64,000 bases of DNA, from assembly GCA_043228905.1 (NCBI GenBank), contig JBHGNT010000020.1, forward strand, positions 8,804,001 to 8,868,000, read 5' to 3'. Below the pieces are notes generated by a model, which saw nothing but the letters and a program-made list of their open reading frames with translations, was not told the origin of the DNA and made no database searches. Positions 10,542-23,543 of this stretch are shown here, piece after piece (position 1 is the stretch's first letter; each line of letters opens with the position of its first letter). The stretch comes from Azolla caroliniana. Its lineage: Eukaryota; Plantae; Polypodiophyta. Made by a program: the position numbers and the translations under genes.

Positions 10542-13375
10542 CTAAATTGGGGCCCTACAACTGCGAGCATTGGGTCCTTTCCTACGACACCTTCAACAAC
10601 GATGTTCTTTCTTCTTTGTGCCTTCTTCTATTGTGCGTATACGTTTGGTTTTTAGACGTCCCGGAGGTCTTTGTGTGGCTGGTGGTAACATGCCTGGAAC
10701 AAAATTATCATGCGTAACAACAACAGGAAATATTGGCTTCTTGTAAGTATCAAAATATGATTGCAACAAATATGCCTTGTGTGCAAAAGATTGAACTCTT
10801 TCTTTTCGAAACAAAATAGCGGCCGCTGCATGTGCACAAGGTAATCCCATCTCCTGCCATTGTCCACAAGTACATATCTTCTTATCCACCTAAACAATCC
10901 TAACATGTTTCGGAGTATGGATCTCAAAAACATCATTAGTGGATGGCAAAATACGATATAGTCTTCCATCTTGTATGGATTCTATAATAAATTTCTCTGC
11001 ATATCCAACCAATGCATTATGTGTTATCTCTCCATTAACCAATCCAGTACGTTGTCGTGAAGATTTTCGGCAATAGTGTGAAAATCCTATAAAACGTACG
11101 AAATCGAGTATGAATCACGTAGTACAATAACTGTGAAGATAACATTTTAAATAGATTTAATATCTAAGTACAAAATGATGGAGGTTTCGAATGCACTTTA
11201 TTACACGAGAAACGAACAACTAAATGTCAAGATATAAGGGTATAAAGTTTGTGAAAAGAAAAGAGAAAATTGTGAGATATCCCACATAGGCACGACAAAT
11301 ACGGCTCTCATCATATATAAGGTGGAGCAAAAGATATTATCTTTGTGTCTATGTGTGGAGCATAGAGAGTTCAAGGTAACTTGAACTAAGAGTGGAGGTG
11401 GCTAGCTACTCGTAAAGGGTTTTGGCCAACCCAAACCGGACCGGCGATGGAGTCGGTGATCCGACGGCAATCCGACGTCGGTGATCCGACGACATCCGAC
11501 CGCAATCCGGAGTCGGTATCCGGCGGCGGCACCGGTATCCGGCGACTAGATAAAATAAATATATAAATATATATACATATTTACATATACAAGAAGGGCA
11601 AGTATGGATTCGAACATTGCACCTCTAGGTTAGGAGTCAAATGGCTTACCATTAAGCCATGGTATTTAGTTGAAATCATATTTCTATCATTGTACTTTTA
11701 CATGTAAATTCTCATACATGAGAGCTAAAATGAGTGAGATGGTTAGCATGCAGCACATGTAATACTTAAGCGCCAAATGGCAAACATACAATTTATGCAT
11801 GTCTTGTACCCTCACATGCATCATATGCATGAGAGCATCTATAAAAGAGGGAAGGGTGAGGAGAAAAAACACGGTTTTTTTTTATGAAAATTAAGAAGAA
11901 GAAATTCATTATCAAATCAATCGTGTAATCTCATCTTCTCTCTTTCCCAATCTATCTTAAGTGCTTTCTCGCCAAAGCTTGTATCGACTCTAAATCCTTT
12001 TGGTCCAGAACCCCGGCGGTTCCGCCTCACGATCCGCGCGTAGTGACGGATCTTCACGACAACGTGCTTTAGAAGTTTCTCCATTAACCCTCCTTTCATA
12101 AAACCATGACATTATCTTCTTGCGTATCAATTCCATCATCCCTAGAATAGGCATAGCTCTAGCCTCTAACAACCATGCATTTAGGGACTCGGCAATGTTA
12201 GATGTCAAGTGTCCAAACCTTTTCCCTCAAAACTTACATGTAGCCCAATGTGAGGGGTCGGCGATGCTCATTAGCCATTCAGTTGCATTACTATTTAAAG
12301 TACGAATTTCTCCAATGATAACATCAAAGTCTTGAGTATTAGTTGCATCTACAGCTTTCCACAACATCCCCAATAGTTGAGTGCTTTTAAAAGCTTTTCT
12401 AAAATTGTCTCATAAATGGCGCATGCAATATCCATGTGATGAATCATTGCCAAACACCAACATGACACCATCCACTAAACCCTTTTGTCTATCTGAAATA
12501 AACGTTAGTGGATCTGTGTGTCAAAGAACATCCTTCAAACTTTGAAGAAACCAACACCAATCATCATCATTCTCTACTATTACTACACCAAATGCAATCG
12601 GAACAAAGCACCTTGTGCATCGATGGTAGTAGCCGTGAGAAGGATTCCTAGGTATTTTCCTTTCAAATGAGTTCCATCTAGACCAATTATTGGTTTACAA
12701 TGCATGAAACCATTTATGCTTGCATTGTAAGCAATGAATATGCGAAGAAAGCGGCCTTCAATTGTTTCTTGAAAATGTGCCACACTACCAGGATTAGCTT
12801 CTAAAATGTTTTGGCAATAATTTCGAAGATTTTGATATGCAAATACATGTTCCCCATGGATTTGAGCATGTGCACTTTCTTTTGCTTTCCACGCTACCCT
12901 GTAAGAGATAGTGACGCCTTTTTCACGACGCACATCACCAATTAGTTCCTTTGGTGTGTATGTAGGATGATCTTTAAACTTCTCCAATGTTGTTTCAGCC
13001 AATCATTTTGAGCTTACTTCTTTGTTCCCTAAGTGTTGAGTGCCACCACATTTATGTTCTTCCCTATTCTTCTTGATTTGGCATTTTGGAATTCCGTCAA
13101 TACAAGATGCATGCAACCTCCATCGCCATCCAGAATTTTTGCATGCAATTGTTAATCTAGCAAAAGTCATGTGAGCACAAATTTAAGATTAAAAGTCAAG
13201 CGAATGTAAAAGCATATGAGTGCAAAATTCATGTGAACCTTGTTTTATCCGACTTGATCACTCTTAGCTCAACATGAGAGCCAATTGCATCATCTGTCAC
13301 AGTTTGTCGAAGCTCCTTCAAAGAGTCAAATTGCCTTCCCTCCACCAAAGCCATTCTATGAGAGACATCAAACAT
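10542..13375 (-). pseudogene. MuDR/MULE transposase copy 1, interrupted by a solo LTR
   Basis: MuDR DBD (EGRQFDSLKELR), IGLDGTHLKGKY, TSNIAESLN, SWIM CTCGQWQ..LPCAH, C-terminal zinc knuckle. Multiple stops. Confidence 0.93.
11053..12061 (+). mobile_element. Gypsy-A solo LTR with 4-bp TSD ACGT
   Basis: TGTCGTGAAGAT...ATCTTCACGACA flanked by ACGT (11049-11052, 12062-12065). The empty site CCAGT-ACGT-GCTTTAG is present in MULE copy 2 at ~34586. Confidence 0.96.
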
Positions 13376-13411
13376 CGAAATGAGAGCGAGATAGAGAGAA
13401 GAAGAAGAAGA

Positions 13412-13680
13412 AGAAAGCATTGGATCTATACAAAACGATGAGAAACGTTGATGTTTCTTCTTCACATCCAAATGAACATACTTTTGTTGCTTTACTCAAG
13501 GCTTGTATAAGGTTAAGAGACATGAGAACAAGTTTTCATGCACATGTAGAATGTGATTCGAGAGGTTTCCTACATAGTGATATCTCATTGGCTACCACTT
13601 TGGTTGATACATATGCAAAATGTGGCTCAATCGAGAGAGCTAGACAAGTTTTCGATAAATTACATGTTAGAGATACAATC
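13412..13680 (+). pseudogene. PPR fragment (divergent from transposase start)
   Basis: PNEHTFVALLKAC...TLVDTYAKCGSIERARQVFDKL. Copy of 35940-36228. Confidence 0.85.
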
Positions 13681-13763
13681 TTTGAGTGCCACCACATTTA
13701 TGTTCTTCCCTATTCTTCTGGATTTGGCATTTTGTACCTCCTTCAATACAAGATGCATGCAAC

Positions 13764-14435
13764 TGATGGGAACTGATCGTTCCTTATGCGCAACGCTCGG
13801 CCACAACCGAGATTCTTTTCATACACAGAAAACGAGAAATGAAGCGCTACACAAAGGAGAGGAAGATACACAGGAGGTTAACGTGGAAAATCCCAAACTA
13901 GGGAAAAAAAAAAAACCACGGCAGCCCACAGGCTGCAAACTGTCACTATGTATGAATGTACAAAAAAGTGAGTTCACGGAGGCAACGACCTCGGACTCAC
14001 GATCTTCGCCACAGGCAACGGTTACAACAGAGGCAACGACCTCTTTCTTTCTCTCTCTCTCTCTCTCTGTACAGTTACGCACACTAATCTCGTGTAATAC
14101 AAAAAAATGACAACCACAAACAATATTAGTTTGCCCTAAGTCATATTTATACTAATATGACTTTTCGGCTATTTACAAATATAGCCACGATGGGCTCTCA
14201 GAAACATATTTACGAATATGTCTCTTCCTCCGGTTCATACCGGGTCTGCACCATCCGGATCTCCGTAGCCGGGTACTCCTCATCCGGTTCGTATCGGGCC
14301 TGCACCATCCGGCTCTCCGTAGCTGGGTACTCCTCATCGAGTTCATACCGGGCCTGGATCATCCGGCTCTCCGTAGCCGAGTACTCCTCATCCGGTTCAT
14401 ACTGGGTCTGCATCATCCGGCTCTCCGTAGCCAGG
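13764..14435 (-). repeat. Copia LTR, left part, with 54-bp tandem repeats
   Basis: Homologous to 27619-28342. Broken after CCGTAGCCAGG by Gypsy-B sequence. Confidence 0.92.
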
Positions 14436-14449
14436 ACGATTCCTGCAAA

Positions 14450-17400
14450 GTGCAGAGGACAACCGGGGGATGGATGTCTAGACCAAACGACGACCACATC
14501 ACCGAACGAGGGAGACGATACACCGAACGCGAGCAACGACGGGAAGCCCTACAGCAAGCCGTCGACGAGATCCGGCGGGATCGGTCATTCTCCAAAACTC
14601 TTCGGAGAGTCGCAGAAGAAGCACTACAGTTCCGGGTTCTGCAAATCCCCGACGAAGGCAGTAGCATAACAAGCCTGCAAGAGGCGGAAACGATACTGCA
14701 GACGCTCGCCGTGGGCGACGGGGACTCGGAAGCATTCGCAACACTTGAGGCGGAGTCGGAAAGCGACGGAAGCGTTGCATCCCGGTATAAAAGCAGCCAC
14801 GACACACCAAACGACCGGGAGGACGAGGGGTCGGAAGACTCAGTAACACCGGCGCCAGAGGAAGAAATAACCCTGGAATTCGGTGACCGGCAACCGCCGA
14901 GGAAGGTTGACCGGATACCAACAACAACCGCGAGGGAACCGAAGGAGCGGATACCGACAACACCCGCGGAGGAACCAACGGACCGGACACCGGCAACACC
15001 CGCGGAGGAACCAAAGGTTCTCACACCAACGCCAACAGCAGACAGAGAACGGAGGGAACAGGAAAGTCAGTTGGACGACACGATGCCGTACCCATACCCA
15101 AAGTACCGGGATGAGGCCGACGCGGAGGCACACGTGTACGCATTCCTCCAAACATGGGAAGCCAACCATATCTCCCAAAGACTGACGGAGCCCGAAGCCG
15201 AACAATCCAAAATCGCCGAATTCGGCATAACCTTAGAAGGACCGACGGCCCAATGGCACGCAAAGCACTTACCAGGCACCTTTGCCACATTCGATGCCTT
15301 GAAGGCCAGATTCCTCAGGTTTTTTCCCAGACAATTTGAGCAAAGGGAATTGGTCGGGCAGTTCTACACCACCCGGCAGGAAGAGAACGAGACTATGCCA
15401 CAATTCATCATTCGGTTCCAGACCCTGCACAGCCAACTAACAAGAGCACCACACGAAGACGAAGCCAAAGCAGTCTTTCTGGCCGCACTGAAAGAGCCGC
15501 TTCGAACAATGTGCGGAGTCCTTGATTTCCAAACCAGCACAATGGACCAAGTTATTGATCGGGTTTTAGAAATGGACAAGACTAGCCCCTTCTTGTCGAT
15601 GGGGATGTTACACCGGGCACTCCCAAAAGAGGAAGACCTGAGGTTCCGACATGCCTAAATTCGGGGCACTCAACAGTAGACTGCACCTTGCGGACACAAT
15701 GTGTGATCTGCAACTCTCGAGCCCATACAACGGACCGATGCGAATACAACCTGTTAAATCGGCAGGCAGCACCGGTTCGACACATAGAACCGCGCAATCA
15801 GAACCCGGACGAGGATCGATTCCGGAGAGACGACCGCTACCAACGCGAACGCGGTAACCGATACGCTGATAGAAGACGCGACAACTATGACCGAGAGGAG
15901 AGACGCAGAGATAGCTACCCCCGGGACCGGTACGACAGAGACGAATCCCCGGAAGACGACAGACGCGGAGAAGAGAGGCGACAAGGATACGCTGATAGAA
16001 GACGCGACAACTATGACCGAGAGGAGAGACGCAAAGAAAGCTACCCCCGGGACCGGTACGATCGAGACGGAGCCCCGGAATACGACCGACGCGGAGAAAA
16101 GAGGCGACAAGGGAACCGAAATTTCCGACGGAATCAGAAGCGTGGATTTTTCCGAAGAGAGGAACGTCGGGAGGCAGCAAGGAATGACAACCCGGTATCC
16201 GTACCAGATAACCGAAAAACCGAAGACGACCGCCGGAGCATACCCACCCTCCAAACCGGGGACAAAGGAGAAACGAGCAACAGTCACAAGGTGTACTGTT
16301 ATTACTGCCGCAAGGAAGGCCACTATAGTAACCAATGCCCAAGCAAAAGCTATGACAAGCAGCCGGAAGTCAACATGGTTACAGCCGAAATAACAGAAGT
16401 ACAACAGGTCACAACCCGGTCAAAGGGAAAGACCGCCGAGTGGGAAGCCCAGGAGGCAATCAGAAAACAAGCGGCACAATGGATCAAGGAGGCCAATGAA
16501 CAGAATGCGGCAGAAGTAAGAGACCAAAATATGCCAAAAGACGAAGAAATCATACAGCCAGGAGAAAACCCGACGTGGCAAGCGCTACAGGACTGTCAAA
16601 TCGTGCTGCCGTTAGCACGACTACTACAGTTAGTGCCACGATTTACGGGAGATCTACAGGCATCCGTCAGCAAACCGAAGCCGACGCCAGCACCGACATT
16701 CTTCTCCAACCCGGAGGAAGGACCAGCGGTGGTCGATACAAGTAGCCCGGCGATCACGACAATCGTGAAAGGAAAGGAAATTGCTGGAACGATTATTGAC
16801 GGAGGCTCCGGGGTAAATGTCATCAGCCAACAGACATGCAACGACCTGGGCATCCGGGAATGGGAACCATGCCCCTTCTGGTTACGCATGGCGGATACTA
16901 GCTCAGTCCGACCGACCGGGCTTATCCGGGATTTGGAAATCACGATCGGAGGCCACGTATTCCGGATATCGGCCGTGGTGCTGCAGCTGAATGTACAAGG
17001 CGCGTACCCCCTACTGCTAGGACGACCATGGCTGCGAACGACGCATATCAAGCAGAACTGGCAAAAGAACATGATCACATTCCGGCGAGGGAAAACAAAG
17101 GTACGAGTAACGACGCAACCACGGGTGATCACCAGTAAGGAAGCAACTCCATTGTATGCGGAAAGCATTAACATGTTGGAGGGATTACTGGACGAGGAAG
17201 TCGAGCGGTACCTCGAGGAACACCCACGAATCGTCCCACTATTTGAGGTGGATATCACGGCGGCAGTAGAACCGTACATTACGACGCCGGAAGAACCGGA
17301 CCAAGCGGCGATCCGGGAACTACGACAAGCGCAGGAATCCCTAGAGAGGGAAATGACGATATCCCAGAGGGTAAAAGCATCCCAACTCGAGGAGGTGGAC

Positions 17401-20286
17401 CTCGGCACAGCAGACAAGCCCCGACCGGTAAATGTTGCAAAGGAATTGCCGAAGGATGAAAAGAAGGCAACGGTAGCATTGTTAACAGACTTCAAGGATG
17501 TGTTTGCGTGGTCGTACGAAGACATGCGAGGGTTGGACCCCCAACTCTATCAGCACCAAATTCACCTAAGTACGGACGCGAAACCGATTGCTCAACGCAG
17601 GTACCGGATGAATCCAAATTATGCGGCAAAGGTGAAGGAGGAAATTGATAAGCTCCTCCGGGTCGGATTTATCCGACCGGTCAATGCGTTTCCACTACCA
17701 TTTACGGACGGGGTGTTAGATGCGGTAGCCGGGCACGAAGTTTACAGCTTCCTGGATGGATTTAGCGGCTACAACCAAATACGAATGAACCCGGCCGACC
17801 AAGAGAAGACAGTGTTCATGACGGAATGGGGAGTGTTCGTCGCGGTCGTGATGATGTTCGGACTAAAGACGGCTCCAGCGACCTTTCAAAGGATAATAAT
17901 GGAAATTTTCGAGGAATATATCCCCGGTTTTATGCAGGTCTTCCTTGACGATTTCGTGGTCTACAGCCGGCACGGAGAGCATCTCAATCACCTCCGGCTG
18001 TGCTTGGAGAAGTGCCGCGAGTACCGATTGAGCCTGAATCCGGCCAAGTGCGTCTTTGGAGTGGCAAGCGGCAACTTGCTAGGGCACGTGGTGAGTAAGG
18101 AAGGAATCGCAGTAGATCCGGATAAAGTCAAGGCGATTCTCGATGCACCAGCACCAAGTAACGCAAAGGCTTTAAGCCGGTTCCTGGGCCAAATAAGGTG
18201 GCATAGCCGGATGATACGGCACCTCGCGGACTTCGCTACACCGTTACATACCGCCGTACATAGGGTACCCTTCCTATGGGCAGAGACGGAGGAGGAAGCC
18301 TACAAAGCATTGAAGGTCATGCTGTCGCAAGCTCCGGTGGTGCAACCGCCGGATTGGAGTAAAAGCTTTCACGTCTTCGTCGACGCGTCGGACGTAGCAA
18401 TCGGCAGCGTTCTGATGCAACTCACAGAGCCAAAATGGTACCGACCGGTGTACTACGCAAGCCGGAAACTCTCAAAAGCCGAACGGAATTACTCTACGAC
18501 GGAACGCGAGGCATTGGGAATGGTGTATAGTGTCACAAAGTACAGGCACTATCTGCTCGGAAGGAAGTTTTCCTTCCATGTCGACCATTCGGCACTACTC
18601 TACCTGGTCTCGAAGGCATCCCTGACGGGAAAAATTGCACGGTGGACATTGCTACTACAGGAATTTGAATTCGACATTTTCCACCGACCCGGGGCGCAGC
18701 ATGCGGTAGCGGACTATCTAAGCAGACTTGAATCCGGAGAAGCAGGGGACGGCGTCCAGGATGAGTTTCCCGACGCCGAATTGTTCCGGATCACGACGAA
18801 ACCGGCAACGGATACAACGGTAGCCGACGAAGACACATGGCTAACTGAGATGCACCAGTTCCTGAGCACCGGAGTTCCCTCGGACAACATGGACCGCGAT
18901 GAAAGGAAAAGGGTAGCAGTAAGAAGTAGACATTTCTGCTTGGTTGGAGACACCCTCTATCACAAGGGGGCAGATGGCATCTGGAGACGAGCAGTGCGGA
19001 GCGATTAGAAGGATCTAATCCTCAGGGAAGCCCACTGTGGAATTGCCGGCGGGCATTATGCCGGCGACGCAACCGCTCGGAAAATATGGCAGAGCGGACT
19101 GTGGTGGCCGACAACCCTAAAAGATGTCGTGAAGTATAGCAAAGAATGCGATTTGTGTCAACGACTGGGCCAACCCACAGAGCAGGCCCGGATGCCACAC
19201 CACCCGGTCTTGGCCTTAGAACCGTTTCAAAAGTGGGGGTTGGACTTTGTCGGTCCCTTCAAACCACCGGCAATGCGAACCGAAAATCGGTATGTCATAG
19301 TGGCGACCGACTATTGCACCAAATGGGTAGAAGCAAAGGCCTTACGGGACAACACGGCCGCTTCCACGGCAAAGTTTCTGTACGAATGGATATGGTGCCG
19401 GTATGGATGCCCGATCGAGCTTATAAGTGACCAAGGAGGACATTTTCTCGGGCAGGTAGTAGAAAGCCTGACGTCATTTTACGCGGTGGTACATAAAAAG
19501 AGTACACCCTACTACCCTCAAGCCAATGGACTAGCAGAATCAACGAACAAAACTCTGCAGAACATCCTACGAAAAATCGTCAACGAGAACCGGACCGACT
19601 GGGATACCAAATTGCAAAGCGCGCTATGGGCGTACCGAACAACGTACAAAACCAGCATCCGGACAACCCCGTTCCGACTAGCATTCGGGTTAGAAGCGGT
19701 CATGCCGGTAGAGTTCCAGATCCCCAGCTTACGGATTCAAGTAAAGGAGCGCTTAAGTGAGAACGAGTCCGAACAAATCCGACTGGCAACGCTGTTGGAA
19801 TTAGAGGAAAACCGAATAGCCAGCTTACTACAACTCGAACTGGAGCAAAGGAGGAGAAAAGCCTTCGTGGACCGACACCGGCGTGGCTATGAAAAGGAGT
19901 TCGAAGTCGGGAAACCGGTGCTACTATTCCAGACAAGGATGGGGAACATGCCGGGAAAGTTGCGGTTTCGATGGACCGGACCGTTCTGGATCACCAAGGA
20001 GTACAATGGGTCGTATCAGCTCGACACGTTGTCTGGAGATGTCATCGGCAAGTGGGCAAATGGATTTCAGCTAAAGCCGTATAAAGGAAATATGCCAGCC
20101 AACCCGTTCAAGCGAAACCCGGAAATCCGGCAAGATGAGGAACCGACACCGACAGACGCTACTGAAGACATTCGGACCGAGGAAGAACCGACACCAATAC
20201 TGGCAAGGACCATCCCGGAAAACCGACAGAAGGATCCGGTATCCACACGAACCGACCTGAACAAATCGGGGGGGACTAGCAAATGA
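14450..20286 (+). pseudogene. Gypsy-B gag-pol polyprotein (disrupted)
   Basis: Gag, zinc knuckles (CYYCRKEGHYSNQC), PR IIDGGSGVN, RT YSFLDGFSGYNQI/FLDDF, RH VDASD...NYSTTERE, INT GHY/CDLC/WGLDFVGP/SDQG/NGLAE/WTGPF. Frame break at ~15650, in-frame RT deletion at ~17683, TAG at 19006. Confidence 0.93.
15860..16111 (+). repeat. 126-bp (42-aa) tandem duplication in R/D/E-rich gag region
   Basis: The YADRRRDNYDREERR...RRQG unit occurs twice, starting at 15860 and 15986. Confidence 0.9.
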
Positions 20287-20504
20287 CGTGGTCCAAGCAA
20301 AATTTAAAAAAAAAAAGAAAAAGAAAAAAAGACGTGGGCAGAATCGACGCGAATCATCGTAATGATGGGGAGATCACAAGAGGTGGGAGCGCCACCATGC
20401 AACGAAGAGCCGCCATGCATTAAAGAAGGACGTGTGCGGACTTGCTATTTAAAGCAGGGAACGTGGGTACTCACACGCGGCAAACAAGAAAGGACATACT
20501 AATT

Positions 20505-22990
20505 ATGGCGGGAGAAGAACATGCGCAGGAAACGAAAAAGGACGGCTCGAGGCACAACCCACTATATAAGACACAGGCCTGCGAAGGGCTCACTTTTCAC
20601 GAATTTTCCTACATACAGGCGCAGAAGCACAGAAGAGCGACCCGACGCACAGAGCACACACAGCGCGATCCCGAACAACAGGCAGCAGACGAAGAATTCG
20701 AAGAAATGGTACTGTCGGAAGAGGCACCCCAATGGATGAGGGAGAACGGGTTAAAAGGATTGCTGCGGATCGCCGACGCTCCACCACACGCAGAACCAGA
20801 GCAGGCGGTAGCATCGATCGACATATCAGAAGTCACGGAAGGAGCGGTGCAGGCACTCACGGGGATCAAAGCAGGAGGACTGCAAACAATCGAAAACCCT
20901 TCCAGTGAAATCCTGTTCGAATATTTCGGGGAATACTCTATCAGCAGCAAGGCGTACCGAACGCAGGGCGGAGAGAACCTGCTGTTCGGAGAAGTGGCCC
21001 GCGCTATGATGGAATACGGATTCGTGAATCCCTGTCCCCCAGCCATAGCCAAGTACCGTGCAGCATTCTTGATAGCAGCGTACGAGGGCTTACAAATAGA
21101 CTCGCTCCATTTCATAACCGAAGGATTGAAGGAGGCCATCAAAAATCTGGTGGAAGGAAAAAAGCCATGGGCCGGGATAGCACAGTGGCTAACGGTGTTA
21201 GTCCCACCGGTACTCCCCATCGCACAAAAGAAAAGAAGTCGGCAGGAGACGACGCCGAAAAAGGTCACAAAGCGCCGACAGATCTTGGAGAAACACACCC
21301 CCGGATGGACCCCGCAAGAAGCAGAACAGCAGGGGGAAGGACCATCCCGACAGCAACAGGAACCGGCAACAAAGACAAAACCGGCAGGTAAAGGCAAAGG
21401 GAAAGCGGCCGAGGAGGAACTGGTAGCGCGCAAACCAATCCATATAACGTTGCGACGGCCGGAACCGGAACCAGGGGTCTCTAGACAAAAGGTTCGTCTG
21501 GTAACCGCACCGGAGGAGGAAACGGAAACAGAAGACTCATCCGAACCACTGGTAAGACTCCCAGCAAGACAAGGTCGGGAGAAACGGGCGAAAGGACCGG
21601 CTCCACCAGTGGACAGAACTCAGCAGAGGGCGCAAGGACCATCTCCAGTAGCCGAGGCGGAAACAGCACCGGAACCCGTACCCAGGGAAGCAGCACCGAC
21701 ACCGGTTGGGCCGGACCTCAGAAAACCGGTCATCCCAGAGAAGAAGAAGGAACGAGCGCCGGAGCCGGAGCCAGAGCCAGAGAAGAGGCCGGAAAATCAG
21801 CCTGGCTTAAGTGAGCAAGGCCACCCCGAAATCGGAAGAACAAAGCCACAATGGCTGAGATGGCTTTCGGAGCAGTTATCGGGAGTAGCGGACCAGTTAG
21901 AGAAAGAAGAAACGTGTCGGCAACAGCTGACGCATACAACAACTCAGGAGTTGGTCGCGCTCCGAACACAGATCGAGGAAATGCAAGGGGAGCTGTTGCA
22001 GGCAAGGTAAGGAATTCAACAAGCACAAGCTGTCACCGAGCCGGTCGGGACAACAAGGAAGCAACCAGAACCAGAACCGGAACCGGTAGCCTTGCAAACC
22101 GGCCCTGAGACCGAAAAAATAATAGAAACCTTACGAGAGGAGTTACAAGCTCAGGAGGCATTAAGGGAAAGAGAAAGGGAGCAGCGGAAAGCGGTGGAGG
22201 ATGACAGACGAAAAATGGAAGAAGGCCTCCGGAAAGGTGGAGCCGCTAATGACCGACTGCAAGAAGAAAAAGAGAAGCTGCAGAAGGAGAAGGACCGACT
22301 ACGTCGACATGCCGAACAAGAGATAGAACGACTGCAGGAAGAACTCCGACAACAGAAGGACCGGGACGATCGGTTAAGAGCTCAGGCAACCCGACGCCTG
22401 AAGCAGAAGACGGAGGACTTCGACCGTCTCTACCGAGATCACAAGCAGGCGGAGTCGGACAACAAAAAACGAGCAGCAAACTACGACCGGCAAATAGAGA
22501 AGCTGAAAGAGCAGCTCAAAGAGACCCGATTAGACCTGGCTAAGGCGATGGATGAGGTCAGTGCCAACAAGGAAGCATTGTCGGCGGAAATAGCCCAAGC
22601 AACGGAGAGAAGGAAGGAATTAGAGACGCTAAGGCGGGAAAAGCTGGACCTGACCAAGATCAGGAATGAAGAAAAGGAAAAATCGACCTTCACGATCAGC
22701 AAACTGCAGAGTACCTATGAAAAGCAGAAAGCAGATTACGAGGCCCAGGCTCAGATAATGGCCGACATTATAAAACGGGAAAGGAAGGAAAAGTAGGAAG
22801 CTTATGCGCATGCTAAGGCAGGAGTTGACCGGATCAAGCTCATCATGTCAGGATGGAGTACCCGAGCTCAAGCAAGTATCAACAAAAGTACGGAAAAGCT
22901 ATGGAAGGAGTGGTCACAACAGGCAGCCGAGCTGCAGACACTCCGAGCGGATGCCGAGAATCGGAAGAAGACCGGTGACAGGTTCTATAA
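20505..22990 (+). pseudogene. Gypsy-B extra ORF3: conserved N-terminal domain, Pro/Glu linker, long coiled coil
   Basis: ORFs 20442-22010, 22092-22796 and 22845- are all in one frame, split by two stops, and truncated at 22990. TATTTAAA at 20446. Confidence 0.8.
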
Positions 22991-23157
22991 CCGGTTCATA
23001 CCGGGTCTGCATCATCCGGCTCTCCGTAGCCGGGTACTCCTCATCCGGTTCATACCGGGTCTGCATCATCCGCCTCTCCGTAGCCAGGTCCACCTCATAC
23101 GGTTTCCCATCAGCCCTGTTCTTCCCCTTTCCCATCGGAGGGACCTATCTCCCATCA
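22991..23157 (-). repeat. Copia LTR right part followed by variant TSD ACAAC
   Basis: Resumes in the 54-bp array and ends CCCATCA. Followed by the same MULE flank as 28413 onward. Confidence 0.88.
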
Positions 23158-23491
23158 ACAACCTCCATCGCCATCCAGAATTTTTGCATGCAATTGTTTA
23201 TCTAGCAAAAGTCATGTGAGCACATATTTAAGATTAAAAGTCAAGCGAATGTAAAAGCATATGAGTGCAAAATTCATGTGAACCTAGTTTTATCCGACTT
23301 AATCACTCTTAGCTCAACATGAGAACCAATTGCATCATCTGTCACAGTTTGTCGAAGCTCCTTCAAAGATTCAAATTGCCTTCCCTCCAGCAAAGCCGTT
23401 CTATGAGAGACATCAAACATCGAAATGAGAGCGAGATAGAGAGAAGAAGAAGAAGAAGAAAGCATTGGATCTATACAAAATGATGAGAAAA
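23158..23491 (-). pseudogene. MULE transposase 5' fragment (duplicate)
   Basis: LEGRQFESLKELRQTVTDDAIG. Matches 13114-13447. Confidence 0.88.
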
Positions 23492-23543
23492 TGTTCTTCC
23501 CCTTTCCCATCCGGAGGGATCTGTCTCCCAACAAACTCCCCCT

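Larger units (their letters stand above)
14436..22990 (+). mobile_element. Ty3/Gypsy family B internal region (non-chromovirus, Athila-like) lacking its own LTRs, PBS and PPT
   Basis: Order gag-PR-RT-RH-INT-extra ORF. No chromodomain and no second RNase H seen. Both ends abut Copia LTR sequence. Confidence 0.9.

Noticed and set aside
19006-19008. Programmed stop readthrough between RNase H and integrase
   Set aside because: The context GAT TAG AAG lacks a CARYYA-type signal. The element has other lesions, and a GAG>TAG mutation is simpler.
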